From assembly GCA_913043225.1 (NCBI GenBank), contig CAJWLU010000007.1:32001-96000 (forward strand): a stretch of 64,000 bases of DNA. The letters are read 5' to 3'. The translations under genes and the position numbers were made by a program. Origin of the DNA: an uncultured Acidobacteriota bacterium. GTDB lineage: Bacteria > Acidobacteriota > Vicinamibacteria > Vicinamibacterales > UBA8438. The number at the start of each line of letters is the position of its first letter. Position 1 is the stretch's first letter. This document shows, piece after piece, positions 36,061-46,052 of the stretch. Under the pieces are notes generated by a model, which saw only the letters and a list, made by a program, of their open reading frames with translations, did no database searches and was not told the origin of the DNA.

Positions 36061-37075
36061 GAGCAACAAGAACGAGTCATTCTACAGGAATCGGCGGGTA
36101 CTCATTACCGGCGGCCTGGGTTTCATCGGCAGCAATCTGGCGATCCGCCTGGCCAATAATGGGGCCGACGTGCTGCTGGTCGATTCCCTCGAACCGGAGT
36201 ACGGCGGCAACCTCTTCAACATCGCCTCGGTGCGGGACCGCGTACAGGTCAACATCTCCGATGTGCGCGATGCCAGCTCTATGAAGTATCTGGTCCAGGG
36301 GCGAGAGGTGATCTTCAACCTGGCGGGCCAGGTGAGCCATATCGACAGCATGCGGGACCCCTATACGGATCTCGAGATCAACTGTCGGAGCCAGCTCTCG
36401 ATCCTGGAAGCCTGTCGACACCACAACCCGGACGTAAAGGTCGTATTCGCCAGCACCCGTCAGATCTACGGCAAACCTGACCATCTCCCGGTCAGCGAGC
36501 AACACCTCGTACGCCCGATCGACGTCAACGGCATCAACAAGGCGGCCGGCGAGTACTACCACCTCGTCTACAACAACGTCTTCGGAGTCCGCTCCTGCGC
36601 GTTGCGACTGACCAACGTGTACGGTCCACGCCAGCTCATCAAGCACAATCGGCAGGGCTTCATCGGCTGGTTCATCCGGTTGGCCGTGGAAGACGGGACC
36701 ATTCAGATCTACGGCAACGGGTCGCAGCGGCGTGATTTCGTCTACGTGGACGACGTGGTCGAAGCACTGCTCCTGGCGGGCGCCACCGATAGCTGCAACG
36801 GCGAGGTGTTCAACGTCGGAGGGCACGGCCCGGTATCGCTAGCCGACCTGGCCGAGCTGCTGGTCGAGGTGGCGGGCACGGGCGCGGTACGCTACATCGA
36901 CTGGCCCGAAGAACGACGAGCCATCGATGTCGGCGACTTCTATTCCGATTCCAGGAAGTTCGAGCAGGCAGTCGGCTGGCACGGCGACGTAGACCTACGG
37001 ACCGGACTCGACCGCACCGTGAGATTCTATCGGGAACACCTCAACCACTATCTCGATGGGGACACCGTCTCATGA
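36059..37075 (+). CDS. NAD-dependent nucleotide-sugar epimerase/dehydratase
   Basis: ITGGLGFIGS, FNLAGQVSH, NGINKAAGE, RLTNVYGP, RDFVYVDD. Confidence 0.92.
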   Translation: MSNKNESFYRNRRVLITGGLGFIGSNLAIRLANNGADVLLVDSLEPEYGGNLFNIASVRDRVQVNISDVRDASSMKYLVQGREVIFNLAGQVSHIDSMRDPYTDLEINCRSQLSILEACRHHNPDVKVVFASTRQIYGKPDHLPVSEQHLVRPIDVNGINKAAGEYYHLVYNNVFGVRSCALRLTNVYGPRQLIKHNRQGFIGWFIRLAVEDGTIQIYGNGSQRRDFVYVDDVVEALLLAGATDSCNGEVFNVGGHGPVSLADLAELLVEVAGTGAVRYIDWPEERRAIDVGDFYSDSRKFEQAVGWHGDVDLRTGLDRTVRFYREHLNHYLDGDTVS

Positions 37076-38154
37076 GCCGGGTCGCGTGGACCCAACTCCG
37101 ACCGGCCGAAGACGCCGAAGCAGTCAGGGAGGCGATCGACCGGGTCCTCGACCGTGGCTGGTTCGTGCTGGGCCCCGAGGTGGAAGCCTTCGAGAGCGAG
37201 TTCAGTGCCGCCACCGGCAATACGCACACCGTGGGCGTTGCCTCGGGCACCGACGCCCTGATCCTGGCCCTGCGCGGACTCGGCATCGGCCCTGGCGACG
37301 AGGTCATCACCACTGCGCTCTCGGCAGTCTATACGGCGCAGGCCATCATGATGACCGGGGCCCGGCCAGTGTTCGCCGATCTGGACCGGGAGCGGTTGAC
37401 TCTGGACCCCAAGATTGTCGCCAGCCTGATCGGTCCCCGGACGGCTGCAATTCTGCCGGTCCATCTCTACGGCCAGCCGGCGGACATGCCGGCGCTGGCG
37501 GGGCTCGCCGACCAACATGGCCTGGCACTAGTCGAGGACTGCGCACAGGCGCATATGGCCGAATGCGCCGGACGTCCGGTCGGCAGCTTCGGCATCGCCG
37601 CCGCCTACAGCTTCTACCCCACCAAGAACCTCGGCGCACTGGGCGACGGCGGCGCGGTGACCACCCGCGACCAGGCCCTGGCCAAACGGGTGCGGCAGCT
37701 ACGAGTCGGCGGTCAATCGGCGCTCGACCTCCACACCGAGGCCTCGCCTCACTCGCGTCTCGATGAGCTGCAGGCCTCGATTCTGCGCGCGCGGCTGCCG
37801 TTTCTCTCTGAATGGACCACACGTCGCCGCGCGCTCGGGCAGCGCTATCGAGACGGCCTGGCCGGCGCCGACCTTCAGATTCCGCCCCGGCTCGACGCCG
37901 GACACGTCTATCACTTGTTTCCAGTGCGGTCGGCCCGTCGTGACGAACTCAGGGCACACCTCAATGCCGCCGAGATTGACACGCTCGTGCACTACGCTGT
38001 CCCAATGCCAGCACAGGCGGCGTTTGCGGCGACGGCACCAGCCCCCTGCCCCATTGCCGACCAGGTGTGCGGTGAACTGGTGTCGCTGCCGCTCTACCCG
38101 GCGCTCAGTGACTCGGCTGTCGACCGGATCGTCGATATCCTCAGGGGGTGGTAG
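37072..38154 (+). CDS. DegT/DnrJ/EryC1/StrS sugar aminotransferase
   Basis: SGTDAL, PVHLYGQ, EDCAQAH, SFYPTKNLGALGDGG, SRLDELQA. Confidence 0.93.
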   Translation: MSRVAWTQLRPAEDAEAVREAIDRVLDRGWFVLGPEVEAFESEFSAATGNTHTVGVASGTDALILALRGLGIGPGDEVITTALSAVYTAQAIMMTGARPVFADLDRERLTLDPKIVASLIGPRTAAILPVHLYGQPADMPALAGLADQHGLALVEDCAQAHMAECAGRPVGSFGIAAAYSFYPTKNLGALGDGGAVTTRDQALAKRVRQLRVGGQSALDLHTEASPHSRLDELQASILRARLPFLSEWTTRRRALGQRYRDGLAGADLQIPPRLDAGHVYHLFPVRSARRDELRAHLNAAEIDTLVHYAVPMPAQAAFAATAPAPCPIADQVCGELVSLPLYPALSDSAVDRIVDILRGW

Positions 38155-38920
38155 CCTCGTCGCGATCCTGACCGAGGTCGGTCGCCGGTCGGCGCACAAT
38201 CACGACGGGCGGCCCGCCCCGCCCCTCAATGGCAGTCGCCACCAGGTGCCCCGTGCCCAGCCGCCCCAGTGTGAACTGCCAGCGTGCCGGATCGTCACGC
38301 AGTGCTGGTTCGGTGTGCAATCGAATGGGGGACCTTATCTCATCCGGCAGATCGAAGGTAAATGCCGCAAGCGGAATGGCGAGGCCCAGTCCTCGGGCCT
38401 TGATGTACGACTCCTTGAGTGTCCAGAACTGCAGGAAACGATCTGGTTGCGCCGATGCGCGGGTCGCCCGCAGCGTCGCCGCCTCCCGCGGCGAGAAGTA
38501 GCGCTCGGCCACGTCAAGGCCACGGTGCGTGCGCGAGGTCGACTCGACATCCACCCCGACCTCGCGATCGCAGCTGACCAGACAGACCACCAGACCGTCG
38601 GTATGGGACAGGTTGAACCGGAGGGACGCACACGGCGACTCGATCTCCGGTCGGCCGTAGGCATTGGCCCGAAAGTGCCAGCGTTCTGGCGGCACATCCA
38701 CGTACCGGGACAGCGTCGTCCGCACCAGCATCCGCGTAACGAGACAGCGCCGCCGATCGGCGGCGCGTCGGAACCGGCTAACCCGTTCGAGCTCGGCCTC
38801 GGTCAGCAGGGCTCGTCCCTTGTCCAACCGTGCCTGATTAACGTCCTCGGGGCGCACCCACCAGAGATGCGCCTCCCCCTCGTCGAGCCCACGGACCGGT
38901 CCAGCGTCACCCCCGCTCAT
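38141..38920 (-). CDS. Sfp-type 4'-phosphopantetheinyl transferase
   Basis: NAYGRP, FNLSHT, VGVDVE, FWTLKESYIKARGLGL. Confidence 0.93.
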   Translation of the reverse strand: MSGGDAGPVRGLDEGEAHLWWVRPEDVNQARLDKGRALLTEAELERVSRFRRAADRRRCLVTRMLVRTTLSRYVDVPPERWHFRANAYGRPEIESPCASLRFNLSHTDGLVVCLVSCDREVGVDVESTSRTHRGLDVAERYFSPREAATLRATRASAQPDRFLQFWTLKESYIKARGLGLAIPLAAFTFDLPDEIRSPIRLHTEPALRDDPARWQFTLGRLGTGHLVATAIEGRGGPPVVIVRRPATDLGQDRDEATTP

Positions 38921-38928
38921 TACACACT

Positions 38929-39777
38929 CTAGCGATAATGTACCGGACCACCACGGTCGCTCGTGCGGACCGGCCCAGGCAGTATCTCGCGCAAGTAGTG
39001 GTCGATGCCACGCTCCTGATGCCAGTGACGAGGATAGCCCAGCGAGACCTCCTCGAACCTGACCCCGTCGATCCAGTCCGTGGTCCTGACGTGCAGATGC
39101 CCCGACACCACCACACGCGCACGAAAACGCGTATGCCAGTCCTCGGTGAGTCGGGTGCCGCACCAGACGACGAATCGACGAATGCGACCGACCCGGACCA
39201 ACTCGCGACGCAGCTGGAAGTGGTTCACCAGGATCAGCGGATACTGCGCAGCGGCTTCCGCGAGTCTGGTCTTAGTTGCCGCGACACGGGCGTGACACCA
39301 CGCCGCCCTTGTCAGGTAGGGCTCGGGCGACAGGTAGCGCTCGTCGGCGCACCGGATACCGTCCTCGGCGGCCCAGGCCACGGCCTCGTCCGGGGACACA
39401 TGGTCCGGTCCGAAGGTGTAGTCGTAGAGCAAGAAGAGCGGCGCGATGATCGCGGGCGAGCCTCCGGGCCAGACCACATAGGGATCTTCCGGCGTGACCA
39501 CTCCGAGACGCCGACAGAGCGCGACCACCGCATCGTAACGGGCCACTCCTCTCAGCGTGTCGCGCCCGTCGCTCCACAGCTCGTGGTTACCGGGCACCCA
39601 GAACACCCGCGCAAACCGCTCTGTCGCGGCGCGCAGACCAAGCTCGATCCGCTCGAGCGAGCCGCCGACATCGCCGGCGAGGATCAACCAGTCATTTGGA
39701 CGGGCCGCCCAGATCTCGAGCGCTTTCCGGTTGAGCGGGTGGCTCAGATGGAGATCCGCGATAGCAAAGAGCTTCAC
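38929..39777 (-). CDS. Calcineurin-like metallophosphoesterase, PptH (Rv2795c)-like
   Basis: LFAIADLH, LAGDV, PGNHELW, TPEDPY, PLFLLYDYTF, NHF, WCGT, GHLH, EVSLGYP. Confidence 0.88.
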   Translation of the reverse strand: MKLFAIADLHLSHPLNRKALEIWAARPNDWLILAGDVGGSLERIELGLRAATERFARVFWVPGNHELWSDGRDTLRGVARYDAVVALCRRLGVVTPEDPYVVWPGGSPAIIAPLFLLYDYTFGPDHVSPDEAVAWAAEDGIRCADERYLSPEPYLTRAAWCHARVAATKTRLAEAAAQYPLILVNHFQLRRELVRVGRIRRFVVWCGTRLTEDWHTRFRARVVVSGHLHVRTTDWIDGVRFEEVSLGYPRHWHQERGIDHYLREILPGPVRTSDRGGPVHYR

Positions 39778-39990
39778 GTTTTCGCCCCCAGGACTCGCGG
39801 CTCGCGCGTCATGAATGGCAGAGTCTGGCGCCGGAATCGGCGAGATGGTAGATGGCGCAGTCGACGTCGCCGCACGGGACCGACGCAGTCAGCACTGTCC
39901 TCACGGCCACTGTCCTGCAGGGACCGTCGTCTATACTCTGAGGCTAGCGCTTAGACGATTAGCTTACCCCGACAAAGAAAGGCGTACGAC

Positions 39991-40305
39991 ATGGCAACCT
40001 ATTTCGTCCGTTGGCAAGCGAATCCTGGTAACTGGCCCACCGACCCGAAGGAGGTTCTGGCGGCGTGGGAGGCTGCCTGCGCAGGAGGGGACAGGGCGCT
40101 CGCTGACGGTTCCTTCAAGGAGATTCGCTGGTTCAGCCCGATATCGGGCTATTGCATCGTGGAACGCGACACCAAAGCTGAAGCCATGGCAACAGTCGCT
40201 CCGTTCTTCCCCTATTTCTCGCAGACGGTCGAGGAAACAGCGCCGTGGGAAGAGGGTCGGGACGCTCAGCTCGCAGCCGTCCGCGCGTCAGCGAACGCCG
40301 GATAG
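39991..40305 (+). CDS. Small hypothetical protein (DUF3303/ferredoxin-like fold suspected)
   Basis: 104-aa ORF with AGAAAGG SD and upstream TATACT; natural composition. Confidence 0.65.
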   Translation: MATYFVRWQANPGNWPTDPKEVLAAWEAACAGGDRALADGSFKEIRWFSPISGYCIVERDTKAEAMATVAPFFPYFSQTVEETAPWEEGRDAQLAAVRASANAG

Positions 40306-40542
40306 GCGCACGGCACAGCCGCGCCCTACGTGCCGAACTCATCCCGTCGGCGCTGAGGGCGCGGCTCTCCGGTCTCGATGGTGCGATGCTGCCGCTCGGC
40401 CGCTTCGAGCGCCCTTCCTCGGTGAGGTAGGCGGCTAGATCCGCTATCATGTGCTGCTGCATCAGGTCGTCCGGCAACGTCCCGGCTCGACTCCGGGTCG
40501 CGGAAGCTCTTGCTCGACGACAGGACCGATGAGGAACGATTC

Positions 40543-42501
40543 ATGAGAGCTCATTCGAAGTTGACCCTGGCCGGTGCACTGACCGCGCTGCTCGTGACCT
40601 TGCCCGCCGTGGCACAGGAGCCGAGCACGGCCAATGGAGAGTGGCCATCCTACGGCGGCAACCTCTCCCACGACCGTTACTCGCCACTTGACCAAATCAC
40701 GGCCGAGAACTTCAGTGACCTGGAGCTGGCGTGGACCTTCAATACCGACAATCTTGGCCCGCGGCCGGAGAACCAGTATCAGTCCACTCCGCTGATGGTA
40801 AACGGCATCCTGTATGTCACCGCCGGCACCCGCAGGGCCGCCGTCGCCCTCGACCCCGCGACAGGAGAGCTACTCTGGATGCACCGGGTCGATGAAGGCG
40901 AACGGGGCGATGAGGCGCCTCGACGGCTGTCCGGTCGCGGACTCGCCTACTGGGACGACGGCGTGGACGGCGTCATCATGTACGTCACCCCGGGCTACCA
41001 GCTGGTCGCGGTCAACGCGCTGACCGGCCACCCGATGGAGGCCTTCGGTGACAACGGCATCGTGGATCTGAAGCAGAACATCGACCAGGACCTGGAGCCG
41101 ACCTCAGAAATCGGCCTCCACGCGGCCCCGATTGTCGCCGGCGACACGATCTTCATCGGTGCGGCCCACCTCCCCGGCGGCGCCCCGCCATCGCGTACCA
41201 ACGTCAAGGGCTTCGTGCGCGGCTTCGACGCGCGTACCGGCGACCGGAAGTGGATCTTCCACACGATTCCGCAGGGCGACGAGTTCGGCAACGACTCCTG
41301 GGGCAACGATTCCTGGCGATACACCGGAAACACTGGCGTGTGGGCTCAATGGGCGGCCGACCCAGAACTGAACATGGTGTATTTCCCAGTCGAGGCCCCG
41401 ACGGGCGACTACTACGGCGGGCACCGCCCTGGCGACAACCTGTTCTCCGGCAGCGTCGTGGCCGTGGACCTCGATACCGGCGAACGTGTCTGGCACTACC
41501 AGACCGTCCACCACGACATCTGGGACTGGGACCTGCCCGCGGCGCCGGTGCTCCTTGATATCACCGTCGACGGCCGCGAAATCAAGGCCTTGATCCAGCC
41601 CACGAAGCAGAACTATATGTTCGTGCTGAACCGAGAGACCGGTGAGCCGGTCTGGCCCATCGACGAGGTACCGGTCCAGGCGGGCGATGTCCCCGGCGAA
41701 GTGTATGCCCCGACGCAGCCGATTCCGACCAAGCCGCCCCCGGTGGACGAAGTCGACCTGAGCGAAGACCATCTGGTGGACTACACGCCGGAATTGCGCC
41801 GCCGGGCGCAGGAGATCTACGACAAACACACGATCGGTTGGCTGTATGACCCGCCGACGGTGGCCGAGCCGGGCATGCTTGGCACACTCCAGCTGCCGAA
41901 CTCGACCGGTGGCGTGAACTGGCCGGGCGCCTCGGCCGACCCCGAGACCGGATTCTTCTACGTCTACACGAAGACCCAGATAGGAGCACTGGGCCTGATC
42001 AACGACCCCGAGCGCTCGGATATGGACTTCATCCGTGGCCGTCCCGAGGGGGTCAGCTTCCGCGACGCATCAACCTCCATCGACGGCTTCCCGATGATCA
42101 AGCCGCCCTGGGGACGGATTACAGCCATCAACATGAATACGGGCGACATCGCCTGGCAGATCCCGCACGGTGAGGCCCCGGATAACGTCCGGAACCACCA
42201 GCTCCTCGAAGGGCAGGATATCGGTCGCACCGGCTGGCCTGGACGGGTCGGCGTGCTCGTAACTAAGGCCCTCGTCGTAGCGGGCGAATCGGGCTACTAC
42301 ACCACCGAAGAGGGTGAGCCTGGGGCCATGCTCCGCGCCTACGACAAGGCGACGGGCGCAGAGGTGGGTGCCGTCTACATGAGCGCCCCGCAAACGGGCT
42401 CCCCGATGACCTACTCGGTGGACGGCGAGCAGTACATCGTCCTGGCCACGAGCGGTGGTGGCCAATCGGGCCGCCTCCTCGCCTACAAGCTGGCCGAGTA
42501 G
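40543..42501 (+). CDS. Periplasmic PQQ-dependent dehydrogenase (glucose/quinate family)
   Basis: EWPSYGG, RYSPLDQIT, STPLMVNG, QTVHHDIWDWD, GGVNWPG, KPPWG, PMTYSVDGEQY. Confidence 0.92.
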   Translation: MRAHSKLTLAGALTALLVTLPAVAQEPSTANGEWPSYGGNLSHDRYSPLDQITAENFSDLELAWTFNTDNLGPRPENQYQSTPLMVNGILYVTAGTRRAAVALDPATGELLWMHRVDEGERGDEAPRRLSGRGLAYWDDGVDGVIMYVTPGYQLVAVNALTGHPMEAFGDNGIVDLKQNIDQDLEPTSEIGLHAAPIVAGDTIFIGAAHLPGGAPPSRTNVKGFVRGFDARTGDRKWIFHTIPQGDEFGNDSWGNDSWRYTGNTGVWAQWAADPELNMVYFPVEAPTGDYYGGHRPGDNLFSGSVVAVDLDTGERVWHYQTVHHDIWDWDLPAAPVLLDITVDGREIKALIQPTKQNYMFVLNRETGEPVWPIDEVPVQAGDVPGEVYAPTQPIPTKPPPVDEVDLSEDHLVDYTPELRRRAQEIYDKHTIGWLYDPPTVAEPGMLGTLQLPNSTGGVNWPGASADPETGFFYVYTKTQIGALGLINDPERSDMDFIRGRPEGVSFRDASTSIDGFPMIKPPWGRITAINMNTGDIAWQIPHGEAPDNVRNHQLLEGQDIGRTGWPGRVGVLVTKALVVAGESGYYTTEEGEPGAMLRAYDKATGAEVGAVYMSAPQTGSPMTYSVDGEQYIVLATSGGGQSGRLLAYKLAE

Positions 42502-42525
42502 ACGTCAGCGCTCTGGAGATCCCCG

Positions 42526-42565
42526 CGCCCCACGAGCCAGTCGGCTCGTGGGGCGTTGCTGTTTC
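42526..42565 (+). terminator. Hairpin/terminator after the PQQ dehydrogenase
   Basis: 13-bp perfect stem CGCCCCACGAGCC-AGTC-GGCTCGTGGGGCG followed by TTGCTGTTTC. Confidence 0.65.
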
Positions 42566-42573
42566 TGGCCACC

Positions 42574-43464
42574 GTGACTGCCATCAGAACCCGGTTCGTC
42601 TCAGCCAATGGGCTCGAGTTCGAAGTGCACGAGTGCGGTCAGGGCGACCGCCTGGCGCTCTGTCTGCACGGATTTCCCGAGTCGGCCTACTCCTGGCGGC
42701 ACCAGCTCCCACTCCTGGCCGAGCTCGGCTATCGAGCCTGGGCGCCCAACTTGCGTGGCTACGGAGGATCCAGCCGACCGGCAGGCGTGGACGCATATCG
42801 AATCGAACACCTAGTCGAGGACGTCGTGACCCTGATCGACGCCGCGGGAGCGTCGCGGACCGTGCTCCTCGGGCACGACTGGGGTGGCGGCATTGGGTGG
42901 ATGACGGCCCTCACCCGCGCCTGTCCGCTCGACGGTCTCGTCATTATGAACGCGCCCCACCCCCTCCGCTTCGTCGAGGAACTGTTCCGCTGGCCGCAGA
43001 TCTGGCGCTCCTGGTATGTCTTCGCGTTCCAGATCCCCTGGCTACCGGAACGGCTCCTCGCCCGCGCCAACGCACGTCCGATAGCCGATGCGTTCCTGGA
43101 TCTGGCGGTCGACCAATCGCGCTTCCCGCCCGAAGTGCTCGACGTCTACCGGACCCAAGCGATCCTGCCGGGGGCCCTGACCGCGATGGTCAACTACTAC
43201 CGAGCCAGCCGCCACATCCTGCAGGCCCCCCGCCCCTTCTTGACCCGCCGCATCGACACACCGACGCTGGTAATATGGGGTGAAGCTGACACTGCTCTGG
43301 GCCTCGAACTACTCGACCACCTCGAGCCGCTCGTCGAAGACCTGACGGTCCATCGTCTACCTAGCGTCTCACACTGGGTGCAGCAGGAAGCGCCTGAGCA
43401 GGTGAACGATCTGCTAGCAGCCTGGCTTCGGCAGCTCGATGCGACGGGGACACGACCGACCTGA
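42574..43464 (+). CDS. Epoxide hydrolase-like alpha/beta hydrolase
   Basis: LHGFPE, LRGYGGS, GHDWGG, SWY, NYYRA, SHWVQQEAP. Confidence 0.9.
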   Translation: MTAIRTRFVSANGLEFEVHECGQGDRLALCLHGFPESAYSWRHQLPLLAELGYRAWAPNLRGYGGSSRPAGVDAYRIEHLVEDVVTLIDAAGASRTVLLGHDWGGGIGWMTALTRACPLDGLVIMNAPHPLRFVEELFRWPQIWRSWYVFAFQIPWLPERLLARANARPIADAFLDLAVDQSRFPPEVLDVYRTQAILPGALTAMVNYYRASRHILQAPRPFLTRRIDTPTLVIWGEADTALGLELLDHLEPLVEDLTVHRLPSVSHWVQQEAPEQVNDLLAAWLRQLDATGTRPT

Positions 43465-43469
43465 GGAGC

Positions 43470-45767
43470 TTAGTCGACGTCGTCGTCAGGATCTGGCGAC
43501 TCGTCATCGACAGAGGGCTTCGGCTCAGGTTCGGTCCGCAGCACAATGTCATGGGCGGCGGCCACCATCGTGACCAGCGGCAGTTCGCGTGGAATCCGTT
43601 CGACCGGGTCGCCAAACGGGTTCAACAAACAGCTCCCCTCAACCTGGAGAGGCAGGAACACGATGGTCGCATCCGCCGACCACTCGACCACGGCGTCTGC
43701 ATCGGCATCCACCACCGGGATGATCTCGGCCTCGATCCGACGCTCCTCCAAGCGATAGCGCAGGTTCGCCGCCACCTTCTGCTCGCCCCCTTGCGGTGCC
43801 GGTGCCAGCAGTCTGAGATCGGCATCTTCCCAGGTCTCTGTCCGGGTCATCAAATAGGCAAACAGCAGCGCCAACCGCGAGGAATCATCCTCCGACCACC
43901 AGACATCGATGCGTCGCTTCTCCGCGAGCGTCTCGGCCAGCCGAAGCCAGTCATCCTCACCAGCGTCGAATACCACCAGGTTGTGCCCCAGCGACATCGC
44001 GCGCTGCAGGAGCCGACCAAACCTAAGCGTGGGTGAGGTCGACGCTCCATCTTCGTGCTCGAGCCAGTTAACGGCCACGGTGTTGGCCCGGATCGGTCCC
44101 ATCCCCCACGACTGCAGCAGCGTCATGGCGGCAATCGGCAGGTTGGGGGCCGCGAGCACGAGCGGATAGGCGTCCAGCTTCTCGCGGTGAAGCTCCGCCC
44201 GCAGCTTCGCCTCGGCCGACTGGCGCGCCGCCTGCACCGAGGCCGACCCGCTGTCGCCCTCGAGCAGCTGCACGGCGGTGATGAGACCGGTGCCGCCACT
44301 GATCCACGAGGCTAGTTTAAGCATCGGCGCACGACGTTTCTCGGTGTCGGTAAACAACAGGACCTGCGGCTGCCAATCGACGGGGCTCTCCTTCTGGTCG
44401 GCCAACTCGCGCAGCCCCTCCTTCACCTTCTGGTAGCGATAGGCGCGCCGGCTGTCGCGCCACCGGGTTGGCACAGCCGTCCACCGCAGGTACTGGTAAC
44501 CGGCAAACAGGAGCGCCACGGCCACAGCTGTCGCCGCCGGGTCGATGGCCAGCATGACCGCCCCGCACATGAACGTGCCGAGGAGGCTGGCGCGCGCGTC
44601 ATACCAGCGGAACCGCGGCCGAAACGCAGGGCTCGCTCCAGTCGCTTCGATATAGGTGGCGTAGTTGAGTAGGCCGTACGAAATGAGAAAGAACATCGAC
44701 ACGACCGACGCGATGGCATTCAGATCGCCCACGACGATCGTCACCAGGGCAATGATGCCGGTCAGCACGACCGCGCGGCGAGGATTCCCGGTGGCGGCGT
44801 CGACGGCAGCAAAGGTGCCCAATCCCTTGAAGAGGCGGTCGGCGGCCAACGCCTGCAGGATGCGGGGCGCGCCTAAAAACGACGCAAGAGCCGAGGACAG
44901 CGTGGCCGAGAGCACGCCGGCTCCGATCAGCCAGCCTACAGTCGCGATCCCGCTCATCGCCTCGTAGTCGCCAGCCAAATCGGCAAGCGGACGAGCCGCG
45001 GCGAACATCACGATCGCCGCCCCGTAGACGACGGCCGACAACCCCACCGCCAGGAAGGTTCCAGTCGGCAGGCTCCGTGAGGCGTCACGCAGGTCTCCCG
45101 ACATGCTGACGCCCTGGGTAAATCCCGTCACCGCCGGGAAGAAGATGGCGAACAGCGGCCAGAACTCTACCTCGACGTCCGGGTCGGCGAACAGATTGGC
45201 CTGGAGTTGGACCGGATCAAAAGCGCCGTAGGCCCCGACGAAGAACGAGGTCAGCGCCGCCACCAAAATGGCCATGATCACGTACTGGAACCGGGTGGCC
45301 AGATCGGCCCCAGCGTAGGCGAGCCCAAACAGGCACACCGCCGCCGTAGCCGCCGCGCCTTGCACCACCAGCGCTCCCCCGCCGGTCAGCGCCGCGACGC
45401 CTTCACCGAAGCCCACGCAGTAGAAGGCCACCGAGACCGCCTGGGCCAAATAAAGCAGGACGCCGAGAGCCCCGCCATACTCGACTCCCAGCGACCGCGA
45501 GATCAGGTAGTAGTCACCGCCCCCGCGCACCTTGCGGTTGGTGGCAATGGCCGACAGCGAAACGCTGGTGTTGACCGAGATGAGGGTCGCCAACCCCAGC
45601 ATGAGCAGCGCCGACAGCAGACCGGCCCCACCAACGACATAGCCCAGCCGGCGAAAGAGAATGATGCCTAGGATGGTAAGGATACTGGGCGTGAACACAC
45701 CCCCGAAGGTGCCCAGGAGGCGTTTCTGCCCTGCCGCCGTCTGCTCCTTGGAGTCGGACCCTGCCAT
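43470..45767 (-). CDS. Cation-chloride cotransporter (SLC12/CCC family) homolog
   Basis: GTFGGVFTPSILTILGIILF, SAIATN, GGGDYYLISRSLG, FFPAVTG, SGDL, APRILQA, WQPQ. Confidence 0.9.
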   Translation of the reverse strand: MAGSDSKEQTAAGQKRLLGTFGGVFTPSILTILGIILFRRLGYVVGGAGLLSALLMLGLATLISVNTSVSLSAIATNRKVRGGGDYYLISRSLGVEYGGALGVLLYLAQAVSVAFYCVGFGEGVAALTGGGALVVQGAAATAAVCLFGLAYAGADLATRFQYVIMAILVAALTSFFVGAYGAFDPVQLQANLFADPDVEVEFWPLFAIFFPAVTGFTQGVSMSGDLRDASRSLPTGTFLAVGLSAVVYGAAIVMFAAARPLADLAGDYEAMSGIATVGWLIGAGVLSATLSSALASFLGAPRILQALAADRLFKGLGTFAAVDAATGNPRRAVVLTGIIALVTIVVGDLNAIASVVSMFFLISYGLLNYATYIEATGASPAFRPRFRWYDARASLLGTFMCGAVMLAIDPAATAVAVALLFAGYQYLRWTAVPTRWRDSRRAYRYQKVKEGLRELADQKESPVDWQPQVLLFTDTEKRRAPMLKLASWISGGTGLITAVQLLEGDSGSASVQAARQSAEAKLRAELHREKLDAYPLVLAAPNLPIAAMTLLQSWGMGPIRANTVAVNWLEHEDGASTSPTLRFGRLLQRAMSLGHNLVVFDAGEDDWLRLAETLAEKRRIDVWWSEDDSSRLALLFAYLMTRTETWEDADLRLLAPAPQGGEQKVAANLRYRLEERRIEAEIIPVVDADADAVVEWSADATIVFLPLQVEGSCLLNPFGDPVERIPRELPLVTMVAAAHDIVLRTEPEPKPSVDDESPDPDDDVD

Positions 45768-45834
45768 GACCGGACGGCCATGATACCAGTGCGGTTTCGG
45801 CTTAGTGTGGGGGCGTCATCCTGTTGGATTCAAC

Positions 45835-45960
45835 GGAACCTTGAAGAGCCCCGCCATCGGTGTCCCCGACGACCCCGGTCACCCTGCCCGATCAGGCTTA
45901 CGCCGCTATCCCGTCGACACTTCAGCGAACAAGAGCCCAACCAGCCACGCTCCGCACGTC
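45835..45960 (-). pseudogene. Possible decayed 5' end of a carboxypeptidase-regulatory-like/TonB-receptor-type gene
   Basis: Minus strand gives AWLVGLLFAEVS then, after a frameshift, GIAA*A*SGRVTGVVGDTDGGALQGSV. Confidence 0.3.
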
Positions 45961-46052
45961 TGAAGGCACCCCTCTCCAGCATCGGACCGACACTGGCCAT
46001 CCTCGAGAATCGACGATAGGCTCACACCACATTCGCTGCGGAGGACGCATTC

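Noticed and set aside
40415..40480. Minus-strand LPDDLMQQHMIADLAAYLT resembling an ACP or cytochrome C-terminus near the PPTase pair
   Set aside because: Too short and ambiguous; no DSL or CxxCH motif upstream
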